Shown here: piece after piece, positions 1-11,400 of the stretch | Layout: each line of letters opens with the position of its first letter | Numbering within the stretch: position 1 is the first letter of the stretch | Assembly: GCA_965113315.1 (NCBI GenBank) | Contig: OZ220377.1 | Strand: one strand, 5' to 3' | DNA from: Podarcis vaucheri | Lineage: Eukaryota | DNA: 64,000 nucleotides | Program-made: the position numbers and the translations under genes | The notes under the pieces: model-generated | Databases searched by the model: none | What the model was told of the DNA's origin: nothing | Seen by the model: only the letters and a program-made list of their open reading frames with translations

Positions 1-607
1 ACCTGATTCAGTGTTACCAGCTTTTCAAAGTTGATAGTCAAATAAACCTCCAGTGCCGCATCCCCACCTCTTAGCATTTTAGGTAATACTATTGCCTGCT
101 TTGGAAACCACTGGGTTAGAGTGAACTGGGAAGCACCTCTTCATCACATCAGATTGAGACCAAAGCTTTTACATATACAAAAGGCACACAAAATACATTC
201 TATAGTGGACAGTGATCTTCCCTTTGCTCCAAGGCACCCTCAAGTTTCCTCTAATGTTGCTTATCCGGGCCTGCAATGTCACGTTTCCATACCGGAAGCA
301 CCTGCTAGGAAGATAGACTAATATGTGGACTTTCTTCTACATGGATTGTAAAACGGTGGCAGGGGTGAGGGTTGCAGGATAGACATTCACTCTCCCTGTG
401 TGCTTTCTGAGGAAGCTTTGGTACTTTGAGTCTGGGTGCAGTGCTCCTTGCCAGCCTCTTCGCATTCACACGGTTTGGCACTTGGTGTTTTTGTGTCAAG
501 GAGCATATGAAGGAGGCCTTTGTGACAGCAGGCCCAAGCCACCATTGCTTCTGGTTGCAGCCAACACATCCAGTTCCTACACAGGCTTCCTTTTCTCAAA
601 AATATAG

Positions 608-659
608 GTGGATCTTCAGCAGCTCCGGAGAGAGAACCGACATCTGGAGAATGACCATG
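608..659 (+). CDS. MTMR4: MTMR4 candidate alternative 5' exon (mostly UTR, ends ATG ACC ATG, giving M(TM)-GEEGPP...)
   Basis: Acceptor cttccttttctcaaaaatatag|608 and strong donor ATG|gtgagt at 660. Phase 0 matches exon 12777, giving the MGEEGPPSLEY N-terminus recalled for mammalian MTMR4. Confidence 0.6.
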
Positions 660-2325
660 GTGAGTGGGCTTTCTGTTCTGTTTTGCCTTGTCTCCATCTC
701 ACTCTGCTGCGGATTTGTTTTGAGGTTCGCTCTGGTGGTGGCTGGAGGCTGCTGGTTCTGTGCCTGTATGGCTTCTGCAATAAGAGCTGAAGGATGCAGA
801 AATGCTGTGCCGAGGGCTAAGGAGAAGCTGATCTGAGATCAAGTGCTGCAGAATGGAGGCGGCTGCAGCATGCTTCTCTTTGGGTAGGAAGGTCTTGCCC
901 AGCTTTCTTGCTGCAGTCATTTATGGAGGGACATGATCCCTCTTTAAAGAGCTTGGGGGGCAGGAAGGGCAGGTCAGCCTCTACCTGGTTTCATGTGGCT
1001 GGAGTCCAGAGGGAATGTCTGTGTGGTGGGGAGAAGCTGAACTGAGTGGGGAGAGGAAAGAAAAAGGGGAAAGAAAAGTCCCTTGCAAGTGATCAGTTCA
1101 CATGTCTTGGAAGGGGGGGGAGAGAGGGGTGGCCCCACCCACTGCCACCTTTGTTCTGCCCACTGCCAGAATGCTTCTCTCCACATAAAAATGACCCACA
1201 CCCCTTGCTTGACTGTCTTTTTAAGACAAGATGTAGGGGGAGACCAGGGGGTGACGAGTAGAGGGCTTGGGAGGGACAGCTTTCTGCCCAAGGCCTTTAG
1301 AAGGAGGACCCTAGAATGTCAGCCTGTGGGCAGGACTCGTTTTCTATCCTGGTACAGCCCTTCTCTAATTTATAAGTGCCTAGCCAATAATAATTCTTCT
1401 ATTCTTAGGCCAGCTAGAAGCAGATGTGCAGGCTTCTTTGCTGCTATTCCCTGACCCGTACAATCGGACCCTGTTTTTATGTGTTTGAATCCCTTGAATT
1501 CCTGGTTTTGTTTTTTTAAAAATATACTTTTATATTATTGTTTTATTGGTTTTTACTGTGTGTTTTAGTGATATTGTTGGGTTTTTTACATTGTATTCTA
1601 CTTAGAACATTTTCAACTATCAAGTGGTTTATGAATGCTTTTAAATGAAATAAAAAATGAAAATTTTTACTGTCCTGAGATCACAGGCAGGAGGGGAATA
1701 GCACAGGTTTTTCAGAGATAAGGTCCCAAGATAAGGCTCTTGGCATCTCCAGATCTTCTGTTCCAAGCTACATATGATGTTAATCCCGTGGTCTGCTTTT
1801 TAGTGGCGGTGTAGGCTTTCCAATAAAGTTGGGGTGATTAGGAGTTCTAGATCAGACCCTAGCATGTGGAGGAAGAAAGGGCTTTAACCCTTTGCCTTCT
1901 GCTCTCAGTCCTGAAGGGGCTCCTGTGCCTGCTATTTGCAGCTGGGGAGCTCCCATTAGAATAAATGGCAGGCGGGAAGGGAGGGATTAAAGCCCTCCCC
2001 ACCTCCTATAGAGTTCTAGTCCAGACCAATGCTGGCTGTTTGTGATGAAGGAACCTGCCACTCAAGGGCAAACTACCTGATGGATGCCAGGTATAGTTTG
2101 GTGTTCAGGTAGCCAAGCTGGGAGCAACCCCTGCCTCAAGGCCTCTGTGAGCCACAGGTGAGTGGAGATGGCTGCAGGTGGTGAGGACAAGTGAATTGAT
2201 CTCTTCTAGCTGTAGAGGAGCTAGAAGAAGCACACTAGAAGTGGCATCTGCACACGTATGTGACGTCCCGCCCCCGCTGCCCCCGGTGACAATGTAGGCT
2301 AGCTGTTGTCTAGTGGAGGGTCATA

Positions 2326-2658
2326 CAGTGGTGCCCCGCAAGATGAATGCCTCGCAAGACGGAGAACTCGCTAGACGAAAGAGTTTTCCGTTTTAGAGGT
2401 GCTTCGCAAAACGAATCTCCTATGGGCTTGCTTCGCAAGACGAAAATGTCTTGCGAGTTCCTGCGGGTTTTTCCCCCTCCCCCCTTTTTCTAAGCCGCTA
2501 AGACGCTTATCAGCTGATCCGATAAGCTGATAAGCCGCTAAAAGCCGCTAATAGCGCTAATCCGCTAATCCGTCAATGGGCTTGCTTCGCAAGACGAAAA
2601 AACCACTAGACGAAGAGAATCACAGAACGGATTCTTTTCGTCTTGCGAGGCACCACTG
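2326..2658. mobile_element. Non-autonomous Tc1/mariner (Tigger/pogo-like) MITE, 333 bp
   Basis: Left TIR CAGTGGTGCCCCGCAAGATGAA vs reverse complement of right end CAGTGGTGCCTCGCAAGACGAA (20/22). TA on both flanks (2324-2325, 2659-2660). Internal repeats of cgcaagacgaa and gccgctaa. Confidence 0.9.
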
Positions 2659-3149
2659 TATTAGAAGTATGGGTGTGTTTTGATAGAAACTTAATGAAAT
2701 GGCCTTCATCTGTATTTGGCTGGATAGCTTTCACTTTCATTGCATTTGAACAACTGCTAGGCACAAGCCCCGGTTACCTCTGACATGAGGGAGCTCTTTT
2801 TCTATTGTGCTTTGACTTGTTGTTGCTTTAAATTGTGATGGTATTATGATTCTTTGTAAGGCGGCTTACAGCAATCCAGGTACCTCAAGCAGGAAGCCAC
2901 TGTCTAGGGTTCTTTAGTGAGGTAAAACATGAATTGAGGTGAAACGGCATGTCTACCTTACGTTCCTAAAGTTCCTGGAGATGTTTTATAGAAGCCTTAC
3001 CTTTCCTGGGCCCAGCTGTGATCCCAGGCCAGTGCCACCCCCTTCCCAGTCAGTTCCTCCTACACTCTGGCAAGGCTCCAGGACCTGAAATAAAAGCAGT
3101 TGGGGGGTGGGAGTGTTTGCAGAGAGAGCCAGTAGGCTGGTAAGAGTTC

Positions 3150-3440
3150 AAATGAGACAAATTGGAACCGCTTCAGAGGAGGGCAAGAAAGAAGGTCACT
3201 GGCATGGAAAATAAGTCTGATGGGGGAAAGATTGAAGTGACTGGGAATGTTCAGCCTGGAGGAGGGTAGGCAGAGGAGGGAACTTGAGTATAATTTTCAA
3301 CCCCCTGAATGGCTGTCCCAGAGAAGAGGACAAGCATTTGTCCTGGTAAGAACAGCTTGAGGAGTGGTGGGCTCTCTCCCTTGTTGGAGGCCTTCAAGGA
3401 AAGGCTGGATAACTAACTCTTGGGGATTCCCTGAAGCATC
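3150..3440 (+). mobile_element. Degenerate CR1 LINE ORF2 3' fragment
   Basis: ttggaaccgcttcagaggagggcaaga...ctgggaatgttcagcctggagg...ggaggccttcaaggaaaggctgga resembles the CR1 RT C-terminal region. Boundaries approximate. Confidence 0.55.
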
Positions 3441-4195
3441 TCCAGCGGATAGGTGCTTCTCCAGTTCTTAGAGGAGATTCCCTTTTCCAGTAACCCATTT
3501 CCCCTGCATATATATGCCCCACTCCCACCTTGAAAGAGGCAAGCAGAGAGCTGCGAATAGGACTGTTGCATAACACCTAGATTTGTCCTCAGCACTAGGC
3601 TTGCGTTGCTTCGTGCTGGGGCAGGACCCTAATTCCCAAGTAAGCAATGCCTGATCTAGCAGGGGACCTGGAGAGGAAATAACAAGGCAGAACCAACATA
3701 GTCCTCTAGTTATGTCAGCGGAGGACTCAGGCTGCTTAGCAACATCTTGATCTTCTGCCCAAGTTCTACCATTATTCAGCATTTAACCGATTGCCGCTAA
3801 GGTAGGCTGCAATAGAATCCCTGCCCCCCAGATTGCCCCATGCAGAAGAATTGTGGTGCTTTTCAGTTTGGGCAGAGTTAATCTTTGAATAGGTGGGGTT
3901 TAAAAAGTGTCATATTTTGCCTGGCTTTTTTCCTTTATTTGGGCTATTTTTAGATGTTTTGTAGTTATAACCTACTTGATTGCTGACAGTGTGTGCTGAG
4001 GGCTCATGGTCCCAATAAATTTAAGAAGAGGATGGTATAGCTAGCATGTTGTTCTCCAGAAATGGGAGGGGCATCTACTCCTGAGCATCTGACTGAGGAG
4101 CTTAAGGTGGTTTGTCACCCTCTCACAGAATGTGGCTTTGTTAGTTCAGAAATCCCACCCCCACCCCCTGGCAAGGTTCATAGGTTAAGGGAGCA

Positions 4196-4428
4196 ATTAT
4201 TTGTTTGTTTTATTTATCATTGCATTTTTATCCTACCGTTTTCTCCGTGGAGCTCAAGGTGGCTTACTTGATTTCCCCCCTCCCCATTTAATCTCCATAA
4301 CAACTCTGTGAGGTTGGTTAGGCTGAGTGGCAGGTCACCCCCATTGAGTTTCATGGCTGCGTGGGAATTTGAACCCTGATCTCCCAGGTCCTAATCCAAC
4401 ACTCGAACCTCTACACCCCGCTTGCTCT
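4196..4428 (-). mobile_element. tRNA-derived squamate SINE (Squam3-like)
   Basis: Reverse complement of the family at 8903-9135: (ttat)n tail, ggagctcaaggtgg, ctgtgaggttggttaggctgag, B-box tttgaaccc. Confidence 0.7.
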
Positions 4429-4739
4429 CTCTCTTGTGCTCTCACCCCCACAACAGCTACTGCTTTCCCCCCTAGCTTGTGACAAAACAAGACTCCCCTT
4501 GTAGTCTTGCATAAGAGGTCGGGCTTGGGCAGCTGTCCCCTCAGCTTCCACCACCTGTCCAGAGAACCCCTCTTCTCATGCAATCAGTGCAGTGATACCT
4601 GGGGGATTCCCCCCCCCCCATTTTGAGCTGACTTTGTTGCCCAGCCTCCCTTGGGTGCTGAAGGAGGCAGCTCCTTTGGGGCCAGAGCGAGGTCTAAGCA
4701 CACTCCCTCCTTTCCTTGCTTTGGCCTGAGTCTCTTGTG

Positions 4740-5419
4740 TTGTTGTGCCTTATTGCGGGGTGTGCGTCTTCCGGAGATGTCAACCATGTAGTCTTTGGAT
4801 CCTAGCCAGAGGAGACTGCAGGCCCCGGGTAGCCGTGCAGCAGAGCTGGCAGGTACGGCAGCGGCATGCCCCTTTTCTGCTCTCCTGCTGCTTGGCTGTC
4901 CTGCATGGACTGGACGTGAGCTCCGAGCGGAATCCTGGCCGGGTCTTTCTCCTGCCGGAACACACAAAGCCAGGCTGCCGCTGCCGCTGCTGCTATTGTT
5001 CCCTGTGCATTCCAGCACATGCCTCTTGGCCCCTTTCCTTTCCGCCCCTGTAGTCCCAGGACAAAGGGGGCGGGTAAGGGTTGCCGAGCCCAGAACCCTG
5101 CTGTAAGGGACTCCATTTTCTGTGCTTGGCTGTCAGGGAGTCCCCTGGCATGGCAGAGCCTCCTCTGGCTTCTATCGGAGAGAGGTGGAGTCTCTCTCCC
5201 TCCTCCTCCTCCTCCTCCTCCTCCTTCCTTCCCCTCCCCTCCATTGTCAGCAGCCACTGAAGCAGCCAGCGCACCTGCTCTGGCGGCAGCGGCGGCAGAG
5301 ATGCTCTAGCCCTTTGCATGTCTTGGCGCGCCTGCCCGCCTGCCTGAGTCGTTAGGGGGGCAGGGGGAAGCGATGCCACTTGCCTGCCCCCGAGCCGGCG
5401 ACCTCCCCGGGAAGCGACC
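4740..5419 (+). promoter_or_regulatory. MTMR4: GC/CpG-enriched promoter and 5' UTR of the MTMR4 isoform starting at 5420; includes (CCT)n at about 5198-5225
   Basis: Local CpG enrichment and a GC box (ggggcggg) directly upstream of an ATG-containing exon. TSS not determinable. Confidence 0.5.
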
Positions 5420-5464
5420 ATGACTCTACCGGGCCGTGTCTCATGCTCCATGCTCAACTGCTTT
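5420..5464 (+). CDS. MTMR4: MTMR4 coding exon 1 (MTLPGRVSCSMLNCF)
   Basis: accATG start and donor TTT|gtaagt, phase 0. Resembles the recalled mammalian long-isoform N-terminus MSLTARVSCSMLSCF. Confidence 0.8.
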
Positions 5465-8400
5465 GTAAGTGGGTCTCTTTCCCCGCCCCCACCCCTTTTA
5501 TTCTCTGTTCTGTCTGCCTACCTGCAAGGCTGCTTGTCAGTCTGGATTTTTCTCTTCGTGTCTGATATTGGGGGGGGGGCAGGCGGGAGGGGTAGGAGGT
5601 GTCTGGAAATGGAGCATCTTGTGAACTGCTTGTCTGAAGGCGTCTGGCCTTTCTGTACAGCTCTCTCTCAGCCTAGTACTTGGGGAGTGGCTCTGCTATC
5701 CCACCTCCAATTCTTCACTCTCACCTTGATCTGGTGGACACCCTGTCTCCCCCCCCCCAGCATTTACCTTATCCTCAGCTGGAGGTTAGAGGTCACCATT
5801 CCAACTGGGGTTGCAAAATGGTTGCATAGACACCCCCCGCCCCCCACTGAGCAAAGCAATAGGCGTCAAAGATGCAGGCAGGCAGAAGTTTGATTTCCTG
5901 CCTGGAAGGTGCATCCACCCAGCAAGAGTAAATCTCTCTTTCTGGTGGCTGTGGGTCCTCTTGCTTTGTACTTCTCTCTAGGTCATAGCCACATGGTGGC
6001 TGTTGAGGGGGCCTGGCTTGCTGAGACACCGGTCTTCCCCTTAGAATCCCCCTCTTCGTGTTGATTGATACCAGGAGAGGCTCACACTGACTGCTGCTTG
6101 GTTGCAGAGGGGAAATGAGAAGGCGGCCTGCTTCACGCCCATCTTCTGCTGTCCTCTGAAAGAGATTCCCACTCCCCACCCTTCATGAGCAGCAGCTGGC
6201 TGCAGCTCCAAATGCAGTTACTCAGCATGGCGGCACGGTAACCTCCCTCCCGGCTTCCTGAGTGCATCCTCCAGCCTGTTGTCTCTTGAAGGAGCTCTGA
6301 TGGAAAGTCACTTGGACAGATTGTCCCCGAGAAGAGTAGAATGTGGAGCCAGCCCCAGGGGGGTGGGTGTGTATGGTGGTTCAGAAGCCAGTTATCGCCT
6401 TGTAGTATCATGCAGTACAAGTTGTGTAGCAGGGGTGCCAACTTGAGTAAAATATTGTAGGGGCCGAGGCAAGCCCCACCCTGCGTAATTGATCACATGA
6501 TGTGGGGCACACACACCATTTGAATGGGAATGCCCATAAACTTTGTGGAGGCCCGGCCCCCCTTAAATATTTTATTGTTGGGACTGAAGCCCCCACGGCC
6601 CCTAGGAGTTGGCTCCTATGTTGTGCAGTTTTATATGTTGTTGTCCTGACTGAATGATGCTTTGTTATCACACACACGGATGCCTGTACCTTGCAGGTGT
6701 GTGTGTGTATATATGGGGAGGGCTGTTAGGTGTGCAAACATGATAATAGGTTAGTCCAGTGGGTCAAGTGCTTGCAGACATGGGGGCCTGTGCAGAATTA
6801 GGTGAATCACAATGTGCCTCTTGGCATTATTATGAAAATAGTTGCACACAGAGCAACATGGGGGAGGAGAGAGGAGAAGGCATTTCCTTCCCCTGAGAAG
6901 CTTGCAGCCTAATTTTACCAGGATGTGGTCCATGAAGGCACATATTATTGGTGTGGATCAGGGCCTGAATGGGAGACTACCTGGGGTGCCTAGGAGCATG
7001 TATTATCAGACCATTGGCCCATGTAGCTCACTGCTGTCTATACCGCTTGACAGCAGCTCTCCAGAGTTTCAGGCAGGAGTCTCTACTAATCCTATCTTCA
7101 GAGACTGGGGATTGAATTTGGGACCTTCTGCATGCAAAGCAGATGCTCTACTATTGAGTTTCCTTCCTTCCTCTGTGCACTGCCTTGAGTTCTGTGATAG
7201 AAGAAAGGCAGGCCCTCAATATAACAGATGATTTTCAGCCTTTGGGAAAGGATAACGGGGACAAAGTGAGCAAAATCAGCTAAGTGTGCTTGGACTTTCC
7301 CCAACTTGGTGCCCTCCAGATATACAGGGCTACAGCTCCCATTGGCCCCAGCCAGCACAGTTGTAGGATGCTGGTGCTCACATGAGTTGTATTTCAAAAC
7401 AACTGGAGGGCACTAGGTTAGCGAAGGCAGTGTTAGGGAGCAGAATAAGGGTTTGTACCAAAAGCTTCTTGGAAGAGGTGGTGAAGGCTGGTATATCCTT
7501 GATCCATGTTGTGAGTGTGCATGTGCACATGTACCTATAGTTGGCAGTCGCCTAGCACTATCCATCCTGCAGTGGACATTGGTGTGTGTGTGTGCAGACA
7601 AGCCGGGATGAGGGTCATCCCAGTGCTAATTCTTAGGAATAGGGGAAGGGCAAGCTGGGGGGGGGGGGTTCAATTGCATGTATTGCATTTATATCCCACT
7701 CTTTTCTCCAAGTTGCTCAAGGTGGTGTACATTCTCCCTCCTCATTTAATTCCCAAACAACCCTGTGAGGTAGGTTAGGCTGAGATGCCCAAGAGGCCCA
7801 GTGGACTTTCTTGCCAAGTGGTGATTTGAGCCCTGGTCTCTCCCAAGTCCTACTTCAATACACTAACCACTACACAGCTCTGGCTGTATGGTTTACGGGA
7901 GCAGCCAATGTTTGCTGTGCCGTACATTGCACTTTGCACTTAGCACTGGCAAGCAAATGTTGAGGCCACTTTTTTTCAAAGCCATTCGGTGGTTTGTGCC
8001 AGTGGATTAATTTTTTATAAGCCTGTCTATAAAGATGTATGTCACAGAGAGAGCCTGATTTCATTTTGGATCCCAGAGTCCTTAATTTGTGGGGATAAGC
8101 TGAATTCCCATTGATATTTCTACCCATGTTCAGATTTTGCTGTTATAGTCAGGTCAAAGCGCTACCCACCACTGAGACCAAGATTGCTTGCCAGGTCCTA
8201 TATGGGTGCCTAGACCACCTCCCTCTGCTATCATGGAATGACTTATGCATGAATTTCATTACTGGGCATCCTCTCCAAATTGTGTGCTGCCCCATTGAAC
8301 ACGACCACAGGTACGTGGTACATGACAACCATCCTCTGTCTTCTTCTGGCTCATGTGTGCACAATGACCATGAATGGCGCCAAGGATTGTTTGACACTTG

Positions 8401-11400
8401 GTTGTGGGAAAAAATATTCTGACTCAGAAACGATATTTCCTTATTTATTTAGCTAATTTTTATACTGCTTTGTACTTTAAAGAAGCCACTGAGGGGTTTA
8501 CAGCATCTGAAAACCCCCACAAATAAGATAAAATAAAAGTTCCACATTTTAGCGCAGCAGAAAATGTAGAATTGTAGAGTTGGAAGGGACCAAAAGGGCC
8601 ATCTAGTTTAACCCCCTGAAATGCAGAAATCACAGTTAAAGATAGATAAGTTATCCTTAAATGTCAATATAAACCAAAACAATAAATAGATGGAGGCTGT
8701 AATAACTACTAGCGGACCTGAAATACAGTAGAGACAACCAGCCCCATCTGCCAAATAGACAAGCTTTTATTTATAGGTAGCAGAAACACTCTCCTCTCTG
8801 CTCGCTCCCCACCTTAAGCTGGCACAAGAAGGGGGTGGGGGGAATGATACACTTCTCACCCCACCCTTGGAATTCCCTGCTGTCATCAGACAGCACCTCT
8901 TTGAGCACCAGTGAGGTGCAGTGTTTAGAGTGCTGGACTCTGACCTGGAAGACCAGGATCCGAATTGCCACTTGGCCACGAAGCTCTCGCTGGGTAGCTT
9001 TGGCCAGCCACTGCCTATCAGCCTAACCTACCGCACAGATGTGTTGTAGGGATTATATGAGGAGAGGGAGAACCATGTACACCTTCTCAAGCTCCTTGCA
9101 AGAAAAGGTGGGATATACATGTAAGAAATAAATAAGTTCCTACCCTGTTAAAAGCTTCGTTCAGAACTTGGGAGAAACTTCAGAGACTGCCTCCTCAGCC
9201 TCAAGACTGAGAAGGTAATAGCTCCATCTTGGCCTATATTTATCATGGGCTACATACACAGCCCTTTCTTTTTTTAGACTAGCAAAAAAAGAAGAAGTCA
9301 TTTTCCAGGTATCTAATTTGAAGAACAGTATCTCTCTGGGAAACAGTGAATGCTCAGCCCCTGATTGAAGTTGCCTCTGAAGAAACTGTTAACTAGCTTC
9401 CCTAAAATATTTTTCTCCTTGTCCTATTAAACGTCTCCCCCCGCCCAATCACCACCACCTTCTCGGGGGAAGATAAAATGTGTGCTTGATAATAGGTGAA
9501 GCAGCTCATATTGTGAAGTTTGAAAGCAAGCAAAACCTAGTTTGGTTTATTTAGAAGAGCCTGGTGAACTTGAATGTCTCAGTGCTGAATTTCCAATGAG
9601 GGATGATGTCATTTTTCAAGGGAAGAAATTGTTTTAATGCATCCTAGAAATTCTGGTCTTTGTCAGTGTCTGAAGGCAGACCACAGTCATTTAGTAGATC
9701 AAGAATAGGTAAGGCTGTATGTCTAATTGGATCAGATGTTGGGGCATCCAGAATCAATATCTCCTGAGCTTAAAATGGATTTTTGTCATGGGGCCAAAAC
9801 ATTTTTGGGTGGGTGGGATAAATGCTTCAACTTCACAAGGCTTTCACATCATTAAAAAGCTTCTCCCATTTTAATTAAAACTAGTTTCACTGCAGTCTTC
9901 TTGAGTATTACTGTAGGTGGGTGGATTCTAGATTTGACCAATAGTATTGAAATATGTGAACATATGACAACTGCCTTTATGTGTCAGACTATCCTGGTAT
10001 ACATCAGGATGGAGATGCTCCCATGAACACAGAAAGCTGCTATATTCAGAATCAGGTTAGTGGTCCACAATTTCAGCTTCTCCCGACCTGCAGTTTTGGA
10101 CTACAAATCCCATCTGCTCCAACCAACCTTCATCATGCTACCTGGGGCTACTGGGAATTGTAGTCTAACAGCTTCTGGAGAGCACCAGGTTGGGGGAACC
10201 TGATCTAGGCCAGTATGCCTTTTCTGACTATCAGTGGCTCCCCAAAGCCCCTAGCAGAGATTCATCCTGGCCCTGCTGCCTTATATCTGTAAAATGGTCA
10301 TAGAACCTGAGACCTTCCAAATGCAAAGTGAATGCTCTGCCTCTGAGCTCTGGTCCCTTCCCAACATTTTAATAGGTTCCGTGCTAGGTCTGAAAACTCG
10401 GTACAGTGTCCATGACCCTCCCAGTCCAAGCTTTGAAACTGTGATGTGTACATGCGCCAGCCAGACCCAGGTCATGAGATAATATAAGAAAACCCTGGCT
10501 GCTGGGATCAGGCCAGAGGGGGTCAATCTAGTCCAGCATCCTGTTCTCACAGTGGCCAACAAGATGCCCCATTGTGAAGCCCACCAGCAGGACGTGTGGG
10601 CAGCAGTGCTATCTCCACTCATGTTCCTCAGCAATTGGCATTCAGAGGTCTACCAACTCAGACAGTGACGGCAGAACAAAGCCAGCATGGCGAGTAGCCT
10701 TATCCACCATGGATTTGTGTTATCTCCCTTTTAAAGCCATCAAAGCTGGTGGCTATGACTGCATCACGTGGGAGCAAATTTCATAGCTTAGCTATGTGCA
10801 GCTATGTAAGATGCCTTGGTTTATTGGTTTCTGGGGAAGAAGTTTGATCACCCTCCTGCTTTCTTCAGATTCTTCTTATGCTTCCAGTTGAGATGAGGGA
10901 ACAAAACACAATCGGGAAAAGATCAGATGGAAAGGGTGGGGGAAATACCCTCCATTTCTATCTGATGGCCTTTCAGAGTGAAAATTAACTTTTACGACTG
11001 ATAATGGCTGGGAATTGTAGCTCTGTGACAACTTTCAGCACCCTTAACAAACTACAGTTCCCAGGCTTCTTTGGCGGGAAGCCATGACTGTTAAAGGGGT
11101 ATAAGGGTGCTTTAAGTGTATGGTGTGAATGGGGAGTCATACTGGCATTGACAAGGTCATTTCTAGCTTAAAAAAAAGTAACCTAACCTCAGGACTAGAA
11201 AGCCCACTCCTCCCCATTTCTTCATTTCTTACAAGAATTTATGCTGGTTCCTAGGAATTTGAAATATTTTCCACTTCTGGTAGTTCCTGACACTTAAAGA
11301 CATGGGCATCCTTTGTGTAAAAAATGGGTTTAAAATAGAAGAAGGGTCCCTTCTCTCAAGAGACTGTGGAAAAATTATTTATTGTTCAGAAAATGCTTAA

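Noticed and set aside
1845-2025. Degenerate inverted repeat (agggctttaaccct / agggattaaagccct)
   Set aside because: Too decayed to define ends or a TSD. Probably an old palindromic MITE with no evidence of function.
2340-2650. Repeated cgcaagacgaa units resembling a CRISPR-like array
   Set aside because: Irregular spacing, both orientations, enclosed by TIRs and a TA TSD in vertebrate DNA. These are internal MITE repeats.
4584-5893. Cluster of overlapping 100-157 aa ORFs on both strands
   Set aside because: GC-rich promoter/UTR with triplet repeats. Only the first 15 codons of ORF 5420 match MTMR4 before a consensus donor.
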